Assembly: GCA_951406725.2 (NCBI GenBank)
Contig: OX597834.1
Span: 46,902,042 to 46,966,041 of the forward strand
Origin: Octopus vulgaris
Taxonomy: Eukaryota
Direction of reading: 5' to 3'
DNA: 64,000 nucleotides
In this document: positions 46,295 through 58,243 of the stretch, one piece after another
Layout: every line of letters begins with the position of its first letter
Position numbering within the stretch: position 1 is the stretch's first letter
Position numbers and translations under genes: made by a program
The notes under the pieces: generated by a model
Databases searched by the model: none
Seen by the model: the letters and a program-made list of their open reading frames with translations, nothing else
What the model was told of the DNA's origin: nothing

Positions 46295-47170
46295 AGTGAG
46301 CTGGTAGAATCATTACTGTGCCAGGAAGAATGCTTAGCAGCATCTCGCCTGTCTTTATGTTCTGAGTTCAAATTCCACCAAGGTCAACTTTGCCTTTTGT
46401 CGTTTCGAGATCAATAAAATAAGTACCAGTTATGTATTGGCGTCGATGTAATCGGCTAGTCTCCTCTAGTCTCCCGAATTTCAGGCCTTGTGCCTATCTT
46501 AGGAATGATTATTATTATCATTAAGGCAGCAAGAGCTGACAGAATCATTAGCAAGCCAGGAAGAATGCTTAGCAGCGTTTTGTCTGTCTTTACATTCTGA
46601 GTCCAAATTCTGCTGAGGTCAACTTTGCCTTTCATGCTTTCAGGCTCGATAAATTAAGTACCAGTTGTGTACTGGAGTCACTAAAATCAACTAGTCCCCT
46701 CCCACAAAATTTCAGGCCTTGTGCCTTTAGTAGAAAGGATTATTATTATTGTTATTATCAAGGCAGAATTGTTAGCATGTTGGGCTAAATACATAACAGT
46801 ATTTTGTCCAGCTTCACATTCTGAATTCAAATATTGCTGAGCTCGACTTTGCCTTCCATTTTTTCAGGGTCAATAAAATAATTACCAGTTAAGTACTGTG
46901 GTCAGTGTAATCAACTTACACCCTTCCCTAAAATTGCTGGCCTTGTGCCAAAATTTGAAACCATTATTATTATTGTTGTTATCATCAAGGCGGCAGGCTG
47001 AGAGAATTGTTAGTGTGCCAGACAGAATGTTTAGCAGAATTTTGGGTTCAAATGCTACCAAGGTTGACTGCCTTTCATCAAATAAGTACCAGTTGGGTAC
47101 TGGGGTTGATGTAAGCAACTTATTCTCTCCCTAAAAATTGCTGGCCTTGTGCCAAAATTTGAAACCAGTA
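46295..47170 (+). mobile_element. Four head-to-tail SINE copies separated by (TTA)n
   Basis: Units start near 46295, 46522, 46760 and 46986. Confidence 0.85.
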
Positions 47171-48973
47171 TTTTGTGGTTGTGCTGCATCAAGGATGAAT
47201 TCCACACAGTTCCTGAACAAGCATGGGCTTGATAATTTTCCTCCATGTCTTCAAGACACTTTACAAAGAATTTACGAAAGAGGCTCATCAAAGAGATTCC
47301 TCTCCAATTAGAACACTCTGTTCTCTGTTTTTAAAAACTGGGATTATCACCCTGGATTGCCATTGCTTTGGTGTTCTTTCCAAGGGCTCAAACTACCAGG
47401 CTCACATGAATCAGGTTAGAATGTCACAGAAAAGGGCTCACAGTGTCTTTAAGCCAAACCAACCAGCCAGAGACTTAGGTGTTGATAAAGAATGAGTTGG
47501 TTGGATGATATCCTTAGTCTCGGTTATGCTTGGGTACCCAACTGAAGAGGCTTCTCATGGGGAGGTACCTGAGGACTCTCTCTCCAACCACCCATGCCCA
47601 CCAACCCTCCTATAAATAGTGGGTTGCATAAATTGATGGATGGTTGGTTGGTTGGTATATATAATATATAACTTTGGTGTACTGGTGACATGTAAAAGAC
47701 ACCCAGTACACTTTGTTGAGTGGCTGACATTAGGAAGGGTACCCAGCCGTAGAAACCAAGTGAAAACAGACTGGAGCCTAGTGCAGTTCCCCAACTTACC
47801 AGCTCTAGTCAAACTGTCTAATCCATACCAACATGGAAAACAGACACTAAATGATGATGAATGGTCCAAACCACTTTCTATTGTGAATTTCTAGTCTTAA
47901 AGACTGGTGCTCATAGGTATCATTTTGTTTGGTCCTTACAGCTGGACCATCTCCTGTCACCAACCATTTTACAGAGTGTATTGGATGCATTTTATCATGG
48001 CACCAATACTAGAGTACTCAATAACCTAAGGCATGTAGACCAAGGAGGGGAATAAGAGAGGGACTTGCAGTGATAGGAAAACCCGAATTGGTTACATGAG
48101 AGAAGAAAGTAGAAGTGTAAATGTAGAAAATGCTCAAGAGCCCAGGGCACCAGCAGGTGACATAAGAGGGGGAATAGATGTAAGACATCAGAAGAGTCAA
48201 AATGTAGAGGTGAGAGCAGGAAGAGGAAAGAGTATGGTGGGGAAGTACATTATGTATTGGCTTGGCCATGTGGTTAAAAAGCTCACTTTGCAACCTTGTG
48301 ATTTCAGGTTTGATCTCACTATGAAGTCTCTTAAACAAGTATCTTCTGCTATAACCTTGAGCTAGCCAGTGCCCTTCTTTTACCCATGTATACTAGGGAG
48401 TGATGTGAAATGAAATGTCTTGTTCAAGTACACAATGTACTATGCATGGGTAAAAATGAATACCGGTTGCATCTTGGAGTTGAAGATGGTTGAACCAGTA
48501 TCCTGTTTTGTGGGGGGTGGAGTCTTGTACCTTCAGCCTAAATACCTTGAAAATCCAGTGAAGCTCTGGTTCCATGGATATGTTGGCTCAAGGCAGATTT
48601 TATTAATAATCAAAGAGTTAAAATAGAACATGATACAACTCTGTGATTAACCACATCTGGTGAAACCATTCCAACTCTTGCCAAGACATCAAATGATGAT
48701 GATGATGGTAGTGGTGGTGGTGGTCCAAACACATTTCTGTCCTTTCATATTATCTTCCCTTGTACATTGCATGTTGATGTTGCATGTCCTAATCTACTGC
48801 ACAACTAACAGTCGTACATGCAAAAGAATGCTGCATGCTATGCACACATACACACATACACATCCACTCTGTAGCCATCCCAATCACCTGAGCTCTTCCC
48901 CAAATTTCATCTCCTCTGACAGAACCGTTTTTTATGTCCTTTTTTCTTCTGTGCTTCTGTTACGGCTTTGCAG

Positions 48974-49174
48974 ATCCAGATGAAAATGGCTGTGGTGCAG
49001 CAGGAACTGTTTGAGTTGAAAATGCGCCTCGAAGCACGCAGCGGGCGCAAGATCTCCGAAAAGGACATGCGTCTGATTCGCAAAATCGAACAACTCAAGG
49101 AGGAGCTACGAGAGCTGCTGGTTGAGTTGCGGAAACGTAAATCTGAAGAAGAACATAGCCTCATTCTCACTAAT
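48974..49174 (+). CDS. WS/DGAT-like gene, coding exon 3, coiled-coil (IQMKMAVVQQELFELK..EEEHSLILTN)
   Basis: Acceptor ggctttgcag|, donor AAT|gtaagt; 201 bp, phase 0-0, GC-rich relative to flanks, heptad pattern. Confidence 0.8.
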
Positions 49175-50077
49175 GTAAGTATACAATTCGTGTGGAGGCC
49201 AAATTTGGATTGGGTGGGGGTGTTGTTTTGTATTTTTACATCATTCTTTTTATTTTTGTCATTGATAAAAACAGAAAAGATTTCCTCTGTTTTGGTACCA
49301 CTGCCCTCTCTTACCATCTTCGCAACAGTCAAACTGAATTTTGTTCACACCAAACCACTTTAAACATCGCCAGAGAGATCACAGTTCATTTTCTATTTTC
49401 TTTCTTTCTTCTTGCTCTTCTCGGTACTACTACCATTCTTGGTCATGTTCTTATAAATCCAACATTATGAAGAATTTCTCCACAAAACCAGAAACCTGCA
49501 CACAGAGCAATTCCATAGTAATGTGTCTCAATTGAACATGAATTTACATTCAATACATCAAACCTCCTCTTTATTCTATTTTATTTCATTTCATTTTCAC
49601 ACTTTCCAAACATCCAATTTCTTGAACCTTTAACATAACACCAATTTTTTTTGTTCATTTTTTGCTGTGTTATTTTTTCATGGACTCCCCCCCCCCCCCA
49701 GCCACCACATTATAATGGAGTTGTACTGTATATTTTTAAATCTGAAAACAAATATATACAAAAGACCTCATTCAAACACTACTCCACAGTTACACCAATT
49801 CTTCAGCTCATCCCAAACACCATCTGAGATATCATAGTTATTGTTGTTGTTATTATTAAGGCAGTGAGCTGACAGAATCATTAGCAATGCCAGTGAAATG
49901 CTTAGCGGTATTTCATCTGTCTTCAAGTTCTGAGTCCAAATTCTGCCGGGGTTGAGTTTATCTTTCATCCTTTTGGGGTCATACCAGTAAAACACTGGAG
50001 TCGATGGAATCAACTAATCCCCTCCCACCAAATTTCAGGCCTCTGTGTCTTTTGTAAAAGGGATTATTATTATTATT

Positions 50078-50631
50078 GAGTGAGCGAGCAGAGCATGCCA
50101 TCAAAGTGACACTGGGGTAAAATATACGAAGCCCAGTATACCCATCATGACTACCCGTCTAATAAGGGTACACCAGGCACATGCATCACAACCATATGTG
50201 TGCGCCATGGTGATCTCATATCAAGATAAACAGCACATGACCTTGCAGGTGGAGCCCAGTTAGAATTTTCTTCAGATCGAGTAACCCATCCCGCTCAAAA
50301 GGTCCCTGAATAAGGGTTGTTTAAGGACGTTGAACGAAACACCCATGTTTCCAGAGGTGAATTATTCAAACCCCAAAGAATCCCTCTCAACACATGGCTA
50401 TGATGCTCCCCCACTACTTCTGCTCGTGATCAGAGATGCACATATCGTCAGCCACTAACGGACATGCTCAACTGGTTAAGGTCAAACAACTGACAAGCAA
50501 ATCTGTGGTATTGAGCAGAATATTTGCTGTAGCCCATCTTTTATACCAAGACAAAACAATGTACATGATAACACTTCCAATCAGTTAAGATCAGAAGCCA
50601 TGAGAGCCACTGCCTGGTACTGCATCAGGGC

Positions 50632-50634
<3 letters not shown>
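50078..50634. mobile_element. Unclassified ~560-bp non-coding insertion flanked by (TTA)n
   Basis: Sharp boundaries within TTA repeats, higher GC than flanks, no recognisable ORF. Confidence 0.5.
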
Positions 50635-50682
<48 letters not shown>

Positions 50683-50874
50683 GGTGGCATGCTGGCTGAA
50701 TCATTAGCATGCCAGACAAAATCTTAGCAGCATTTTCTCTATCATTACATTCTGTGTTCAAATATCGAGGTTGACTTTGCCTTTCAAAGTTGAGTATTAG
50801 GGAGAGGGGGGTCAATGTAATCAGCTAGCCTCCTCCTCCAAAATTTCAGGCCATGTGTCTATTGAAGAAAGGAC

Positions 50875-50915
<41 letters not shown>

Positions 50916-52073
50916 TATTATTACAGCTGCTGCTGTTACTACTACTACTACTACTACTAATTATAATAATAATAATCCATCTTTATGAAGGAATTTAAGT
51001 TCCACATTATATAAGTCAGCCCTACCTTCATTATCATCCAGAAAAAAATATCTTCAATTAGCTAAATAAATAATCTAAAAAAATCAATATAATACAAGGA
51101 TTAAAAAAAAGTTCTGATTTGGTATCGCCATCCCCACCATCACATTTACATCAATTTTTGTAATGCAACACCCAAAGCCTCCAGAAAAATCTTTTATTGC
51201 TTTTCTTTTCCTTCTCTTTCTCCTTCTTCTCCCCCTTAAAATTAGTTATTGTTGTTGCTGTTGTGGTTATTATTATCATTGTTATATTCCTCCCTCATTA
51301 TGAATAAATTCAAGTTATAAATTTTCTAATTAAATTAGCCCAACCTTCAAAGTCATTCAGAAAAGAAAAATATATTCATAAATAAAACAAAAATTAAAAA
51401 CCCACCAACTCAACAACAATCTTGTAATTCGGTGCTGTTGTTACCTCTGCTATGGCAGTGGCACATTAATTCTTTGAAGAATCCTTGTTGTTATTTTTGG
51501 GTATACTTATTTTCTTTCTTTTTTCTTTGCATATTTAATTATATTTTCTATCAGAATGGCAAGCTGGTATAACAGTTAGTGTCTTGGACAAAGTTGCTTC
51601 CTGGTATTTCTTCCAGCTCTTTATGTACCGACTTCAAATTCCGCTGAGATCAACTTTGCCTTTCATCCTTTCAGAGTCAATAAAATCAGTGCCAGTTGAG
51701 CCCTGGGGTCAATGTTATCAACTAACCACCTCCCTAGAAATTTCTGGCCTTGTGCCAAAATTTGAGATCAATATAAGTTAGGGAGGTGGCAGAATTGTTT
51801 ACATGCTGGACAAAATGCTTAGTGTCACATTGTCTGTCTTTTTGTTCTGAGTTCAAATTCTTATTTCTTTACTGCCCACAAGGGGCTACACACAGAGGGG
51901 ATAAACAAGAACAGCTAAATGGATTAAGTCGATTATATCGACCCCAGTGCGTAACTGGTACTTATTTAATCAACCCCAAAAGGATGAAAGGCAAAGTCGA
52001 CCTCGGCGGAATTTAAGCTCAGAACGTAGCGGCAGATAGACAGATAGGCAGATAGATAAATACAGACAGACAG

Positions 52074-52137
<64 letters not shown>

Positions 52138-52138
<1 letters not shown>

Positions 52139-53140
52139 TGTTTCTTTATTAGCCACACCGGGCTGCACACAGATAGAACAAATTACAAGGTAGAGCTTTT
52201 CTTTTGAAGGGTTAGAAAAAAAAAAAAAAAAAAAAAGGAAGGGGGAGTTTCGATCAAAAGGGATCGTAAAAGGAGAGAAAGAGGACAAAAAAAGGGGGGG
52301 TTAAAAAAAAAAGGGGGAGAGGAAAAAAAATTGATCAATAGGGATCGTTATCACAGAAATGTCAATATGAAGTGTAAAGGGGAGGACAGGTGAGGTTTAC
52401 CCGTGGAAAGAAGAAAAGCCTACGGAAAAGACCACTGTAACCTCGGTCAATGAAGTCACATTTTATATTTCTTTTTTTTTTTTTTTTGCAAATAAGCAAC
52501 TCTCTGTTTTCGATTTCTGGGTTCATAGGACTATGCTCAAGGTGGCTTCGTCATTCATACGTGCCATTCTTGCTACATTCACCCATCTTTTTTTAAAACA
52601 TTCGCTAGACAAAACTTGCCTCTCTACTCTCACTTTCCTTTTCAAGTGGTACTTGAAGAAGTTGATGAGAGATTGACCAGAGAGGAAAGTGTTTGTCTCC
52701 AATCCTTTCAGACGCGTCCACCAGATACATTCTTTCGCCATAGCCACAAGGATGATGAAAATAGCTCTTCCTTCCCGTTTGAAGGAAGGAGGCGTGACAA
52801 TATTGACGATAGACTCAGCTGATAAACCGACTCGTCCCACACGTGACAGCAGTTGTTCGACATAAGCCCACAGGTCGGAAATTGTTGGACACTGAACGAG
52901 TGCGTGCAGAACGGTTTCGTCGCTCTGACCGCATCTCGGGCAGGTCGGCCCCGTGTTTCTCGAGCCGTGTCTGTAGAGCTTATCCCGAACGGGTAGCGCT
53001 TCTCGGTAGCACTGCCAGGCCAGGGATCTCTGGAAGTTGTCCATGGGCCCTGGCCCGAAAGTCGTCCTGAACAGGCGGGTCAGGTACTCCTCGTCGACGT
53101 CCAGGTTCGCCCCGAGCTCGTCGTCGTACCTCCCCCTCCA
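52138..53140 (-). mobile_element. 5'-truncated L1/Tx1-clade LINE (C-terminal zinc-binding domain and 3' UTR) in (GATA)n
   Basis: RSLAWQCYREALPV..TCPRCGQSDETVLHALVQC..W; AATAAA just before the (TCTA)n tail. Confidence 0.85.
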
Positions 53141-53710
<570 letters not shown>

Positions 53711-54287
53711 GTGTTTGTTGGATGAATGGAAACAGACAAGAAAATGGTTGGTTGGTAGTGTTTTTGAGTACTCAAACACTCACTCACACACACGCACACA
53801 CAGTTTCATACATTTTTGTGCTCAAAATCAAAATGTTGATAATGTTTTTGTTGTGTTCATATATTGTATAAATTAATTTTAATTAATGCAATTAATTGAA
53901 ATTAAAATTGGCGAAAAATTTTCACCACCATGATAATGTAATTGGAATGCTAATTTAATTAATAAATGAGCTCTAATTGATAACTAAGCCATAAAAATGT
54001 AATTAGTGTAATGAAACCAAAAATTATTATATTGACTACCCCACTGCATGATATAAACAATAATAATCATAATAATAATTTCAAAATTTTGCACAAGGCC
54101 AGCAATTTCAGGGGAGGGGTTTAGTTGATTGCATCGACCCCACTGCTCAACTGGTACTTATTTTATCAACCCCAAAAGGATGAAAGCAAAGTCAACCTTG
54201 GTGGAATTTGAACTCAGAGCATAAAAACTGATGAAATACCACAAAGCATTTTGTCCAGTGTGCTAATGATTCTGCCAGCTCACCACC

Positions 54288-54330
<43 letters not shown>

Positions 54331-54331
<1 letters not shown>

Positions 54332-54780
54332 TTTAGTAACCTTTAGGAGCATTGAAGGCTGGATATAGTAACATTTAGGAGGGACAAACAAGAGTGCCTA
54401 ATAACTGACGTGACAGTGCCAGGAGATCAATATACCATCAAGAAAGAAAGAGAAAAGGTAGATAAATATGGAAACCTGAAAATTGATATTGCTAAGATGT
54501 GGCTGCTACGAGAGTCAAACCTAAAGGTTATCCCTATTGTCTTGGGAACATTGGGTTTAATACCACCCAAGCTGAAAAAGAAAAGCCTCTGAAAACTTTA
54601 GAAATATCCTACAATCTAGGTGTATTGCAAAAGTCAGCATTACTTGGAACTGCATGCATATTGCATAAAGTACTGTCGGTCTGAGGCCCTTGTTGTGACT
54701 TGATAAACAGTACAAACTCTTGGTAGACACAACATCTTCAATCAACAAAATCACAATATTGTATACTGTACGATGTCTAT
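54331..54780 (+). mobile_element. 5'-truncated R4/Dong-like non-LTR element (restriction-like endonuclease C-terminus) in (TAA)n
   Basis: DVTVPGD..EKVDKYGNLKIDIAKMW..VIPIVLGTLG..LQKSALLGTACILHKVL; (TAA)n at both ends. Confidence 0.8.
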
Positions 54781-54781
54781 G

Positions 54782-54825
<44 letters not shown>

Positions 54826-55799
54826 GTAGGTGCAAGGCCTGAAATTTTGTGTGAGGGGAGCTTGTCAATGACATTAACTCTAGTGCTCAACTGGTACTTA
54901 TTTTATCAACACTGAAAGGATGAAAGGCAAAGTCAACTTAGGTGGAATTTGAACTCAGAACATAGAAGCCAAATAAACATGAAGTGACATTCTGTTTAAC
55001 ACTCTACTGACTCTGCCATTTCCCCTCCCTATTCCCCACACCACTGCTACACAACTCTTGCTCTCTATCTCTCATTATCTCTTCTTTGTTCTCTCACTCC
55101 TCCTCTCTTTTAATGTCTCTCCTTCTTTCTCTCCTCTCTTCCTCTCTCTGCCTTCTCTCTCTTTTTCTCTCTCTCCCCACTTCCTCTATTTTCCTCTCTT
55201 CTCTCTCTCTCCATTTTTCTCTCACTCCACTCTCTTTCTAGCCTCCTCTCTCTCTCCCTCTTACTCTAATTCTCTTTTTCATCTCTCCTCCCTCCCCACC
55301 TCTCTCTCTTTGCTCTGCCGCCCTCTGTCTCTCACTCCCTCTCTCTACCATCTAAATGGAGTCTTTGTCAGTGTCAACTATAACTATTCCCTTTCTTAAA
55401 TAAACTCTGTCCCCCACCATAGAACATTCCATAGTCATTTCTACCATCATGTGACGCATACACACACACAGTGACACAGGACTGTCTTTGTCACAGTATT
55501 TCACAAAGTTAATCCTTTCAATTAGAGTTACAGTCCCTTCCTTCCTGCAGGCTTCCTCACAATTTCCTTCAACCCTAATGTTACACATGAAGACTGGTGA
55601 GGAATGTAACTGGAGGGTATGGTAGAAAAACACTCAAGATGTCAAGTAGTGGGATTGAACCACATTCCTCTAGATTTCAACTGCTCAGTGTTTGGGGGAC
55701 ATTTCATTCAAAATAAATGGAAAAGGAATGATTGATGCGTAACTTTAAAAATCTTGTTTGTTCCACCATTCCAAATCTTGTCAAATTCTGTTGTTAAAC

Positions 55800-56110
55800 G
55801 TTATCATGAGTTACCTCCCTTGCCTCAGTAGCCAAACTCGAAAAGGCGTTGCCCCACTGGATAGTGAGGGAGATGCACGAGAACAGCCACTCTGACTCAC
55901 AGGATCCGCACTTACGGGACAGCCATCTCCGCCCTGATAGCAGTAAGCAGAGATATGGTCTGGGGGCCGAGAATACTGGAGGTCTCCACTGCCACAGGCT
56001 CAACCATAAATCTGTCAGAGAGTGACCGATACTTAGCTTGCTTTTCGGAGCCTGGGCTGGTAGCAGACCGCGCCGGGTTGCTGCTGGAGACAGTATCACA
56101 ACATACAAAG
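55800..56110 (-). mobile_element. CRE-like non-LTR element fragment (restriction-like endonuclease C-terminus)
   Basis: CDTVSSSN..KQAKYRSLSDRFMVEPVAVETSSILGP, then frameshifted EWLFSCISLTIQWGNAFS, resembling the QRLSxAIQRGNA motif. Confidence 0.65.
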
Positions 56111-57266
56111 CAAAATTTGTTGGCATTAGGAAGGGCATGCAGCAGTAGAAACTTTGCTAGATCAGATTGCAGCCTGGTGTAGCCTCCTCGCTTGCCAGTC
56201 CTCAGTCAAACCGTCCAACCCATGCCAGCATGGAAAGTGAATGTAAAACGGTGATGATGAGACTTGCACCAAACATAGACTTGACAAGCACAGACATTCA
56301 CACAAACACACACATACAAGCATAGACACGTGCACACACACACATACACACACACACATACACACTCATGTTATGACATACATACTCACTGACTCATATA
56401 CACATATCACATACACATTCACATATACACATGCATCATACATACACACACTCACACATATGCATACACACACTTCACACTCATACACATGCTCACACAT
56501 ATATACACACATGACACATTGTTTGATCTGTCTTTCTCTGCCCAACCCCTCTCTTTTTTGTTCTGCCACACACACACACACACACATGTACAGTGTTTGG
56601 TTTCTCCTTTCACATTTTTCCCTCTTCTATCTCTCTATCTCTCTCTCCTTCCAGCCTTTCCATATACATCTGAGGTTTGATCTCACTCTCTCTCTCTCAT
56701 ATACACACATACATGCATACATGCATACACACATACACATCATATCATATACACACATACAAACACACATTCACATATCACATCACACACACATCAAATT
56801 ACCTACATACACACACACATCACATCACAGGCAATACACACACATACACATACAACTAGACACGTCCAACACATGCCAGCATGGAAAGTGGATATATTAA
56901 ATGATGACGATATGTTCTATTGACACTGCACACTCGCCTCTACTCACAGCACCTCTACATAGACTGCCTCTGTTCACTTCATTACTGACATTTCACCTAA
57001 TAATACGTTTTTTGTTTTTTGTTTTTTTTTTTTTGTGTGGTGGGGTTCCTACCAGCTTTCTTTATAATTGTTCTTCTCGCTGTTGTTATTGTTATTATTA
57101 TTATTATTACTATTATTGTTGTTGTTGTTGTTGTTATTTATGACCTTTCTTTCCTTCTTTGGTTATTTCGTACAATTGTTTGCTGTGTTGTTACCTAAGA
57201 CAAGGTGAGTGATCTACATACTTACAAGTATCTGAATATGCATGCATACATAGATGTACATGTGCA

Positions 57267-57304
<38 letters not shown>

Positions 57305-57307
<3 letters not shown>

Positions 57308-58232
57308 TGAGATAGGGGTTGTGAGTGCAACCCACCATGGGATAACATATATCCAATATACTGCCAGTAAAACACCCAACAAAGTTAATACATAAAATGT
57401 TAAGAATTGCGATGCAATTAATTCATTTACTGTATTATATGGGCAAAGGTAAAATGTTTTACCACAAATTAATAATGCAAAATAAGAAAATGGAGAAACA
57501 CATCTTAATCAATAATCAACTACCAGATAATACCCAATCACATTATTTATTAACCGACTACATATGAACATCAAGGTCAAACATAATAGTACAGAACAAA
57601 ACAGTGCACCTCAATGAATAATATGATACAATAAGTACAATATGTATAAATAAATATAAATATACGTGTATGTTTGTATATTGTAATATTCTAATATATT
57701 GATTTGACTAACTGTAACCTTATATATATGTATGTATATTATTATTATATATTATTATGTATATACGTATATATATATATATATATAGGTGCATGGGTAT
57801 ATACACTTATATGTATGTGTATATTATATTATATATTATGTATATGTACCCATTCTTGTATGGGTGTACCTTCTCTGATATTCATATTTAGATTGTACTG
57901 TATAATCTCTGAAAAGGCCTTGGAATATATTTGTGTCTCATTTATAACCACATAAACTTATCACACCTGGCTAATATGAGCATAATGAGATACTCATATC
58001 TAAATGGCTGAAACAGCTGTAAGATATAGTTTATATTTATATTTATTTATATTTATTTACACATATTTTACTTATTGTACCATATTACTCATTGATGTGC
58101 ACTGTTTTGTTCTGTACTATTATGTTTGACCTTGATGTTCATATGTAGTTGGTTAATAAATTATGTGAATAGGTATTATCTAGTAGCTGATTATTGATTG
58201 AGGTGTATTTCTCCATTTTCTTATTTTGTTTT
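57305..58232. mobile_element. Penelope-like remnant with ~185-bp inverted arms and a hammerhead motif
   Basis: About 57478-57660 is the reverse complement of about 58040-58227; (TA)n at both ends. Confidence 0.7.
57905..58025 (+). ncRNA. Degenerate type I hammerhead ribozyme motif with a long stem-II insert
   Basis: ATCT-CTGAAAA-GGCC..GGCT-GAAAC-AGCT-GTA-AGAT; palindromic stem III ACAGCTGT; core G8 replaced by A. Confidence 0.55.
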
Positions 58233-58243
58233 ATATATATATA

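Noticed and set aside
55551-57210. Further exons of the WS/DGAT-like gene (55551-55616; donor at 57204)
   Set aside because: Splice-like signals exist, but there is no convincing coding content or matching acceptor
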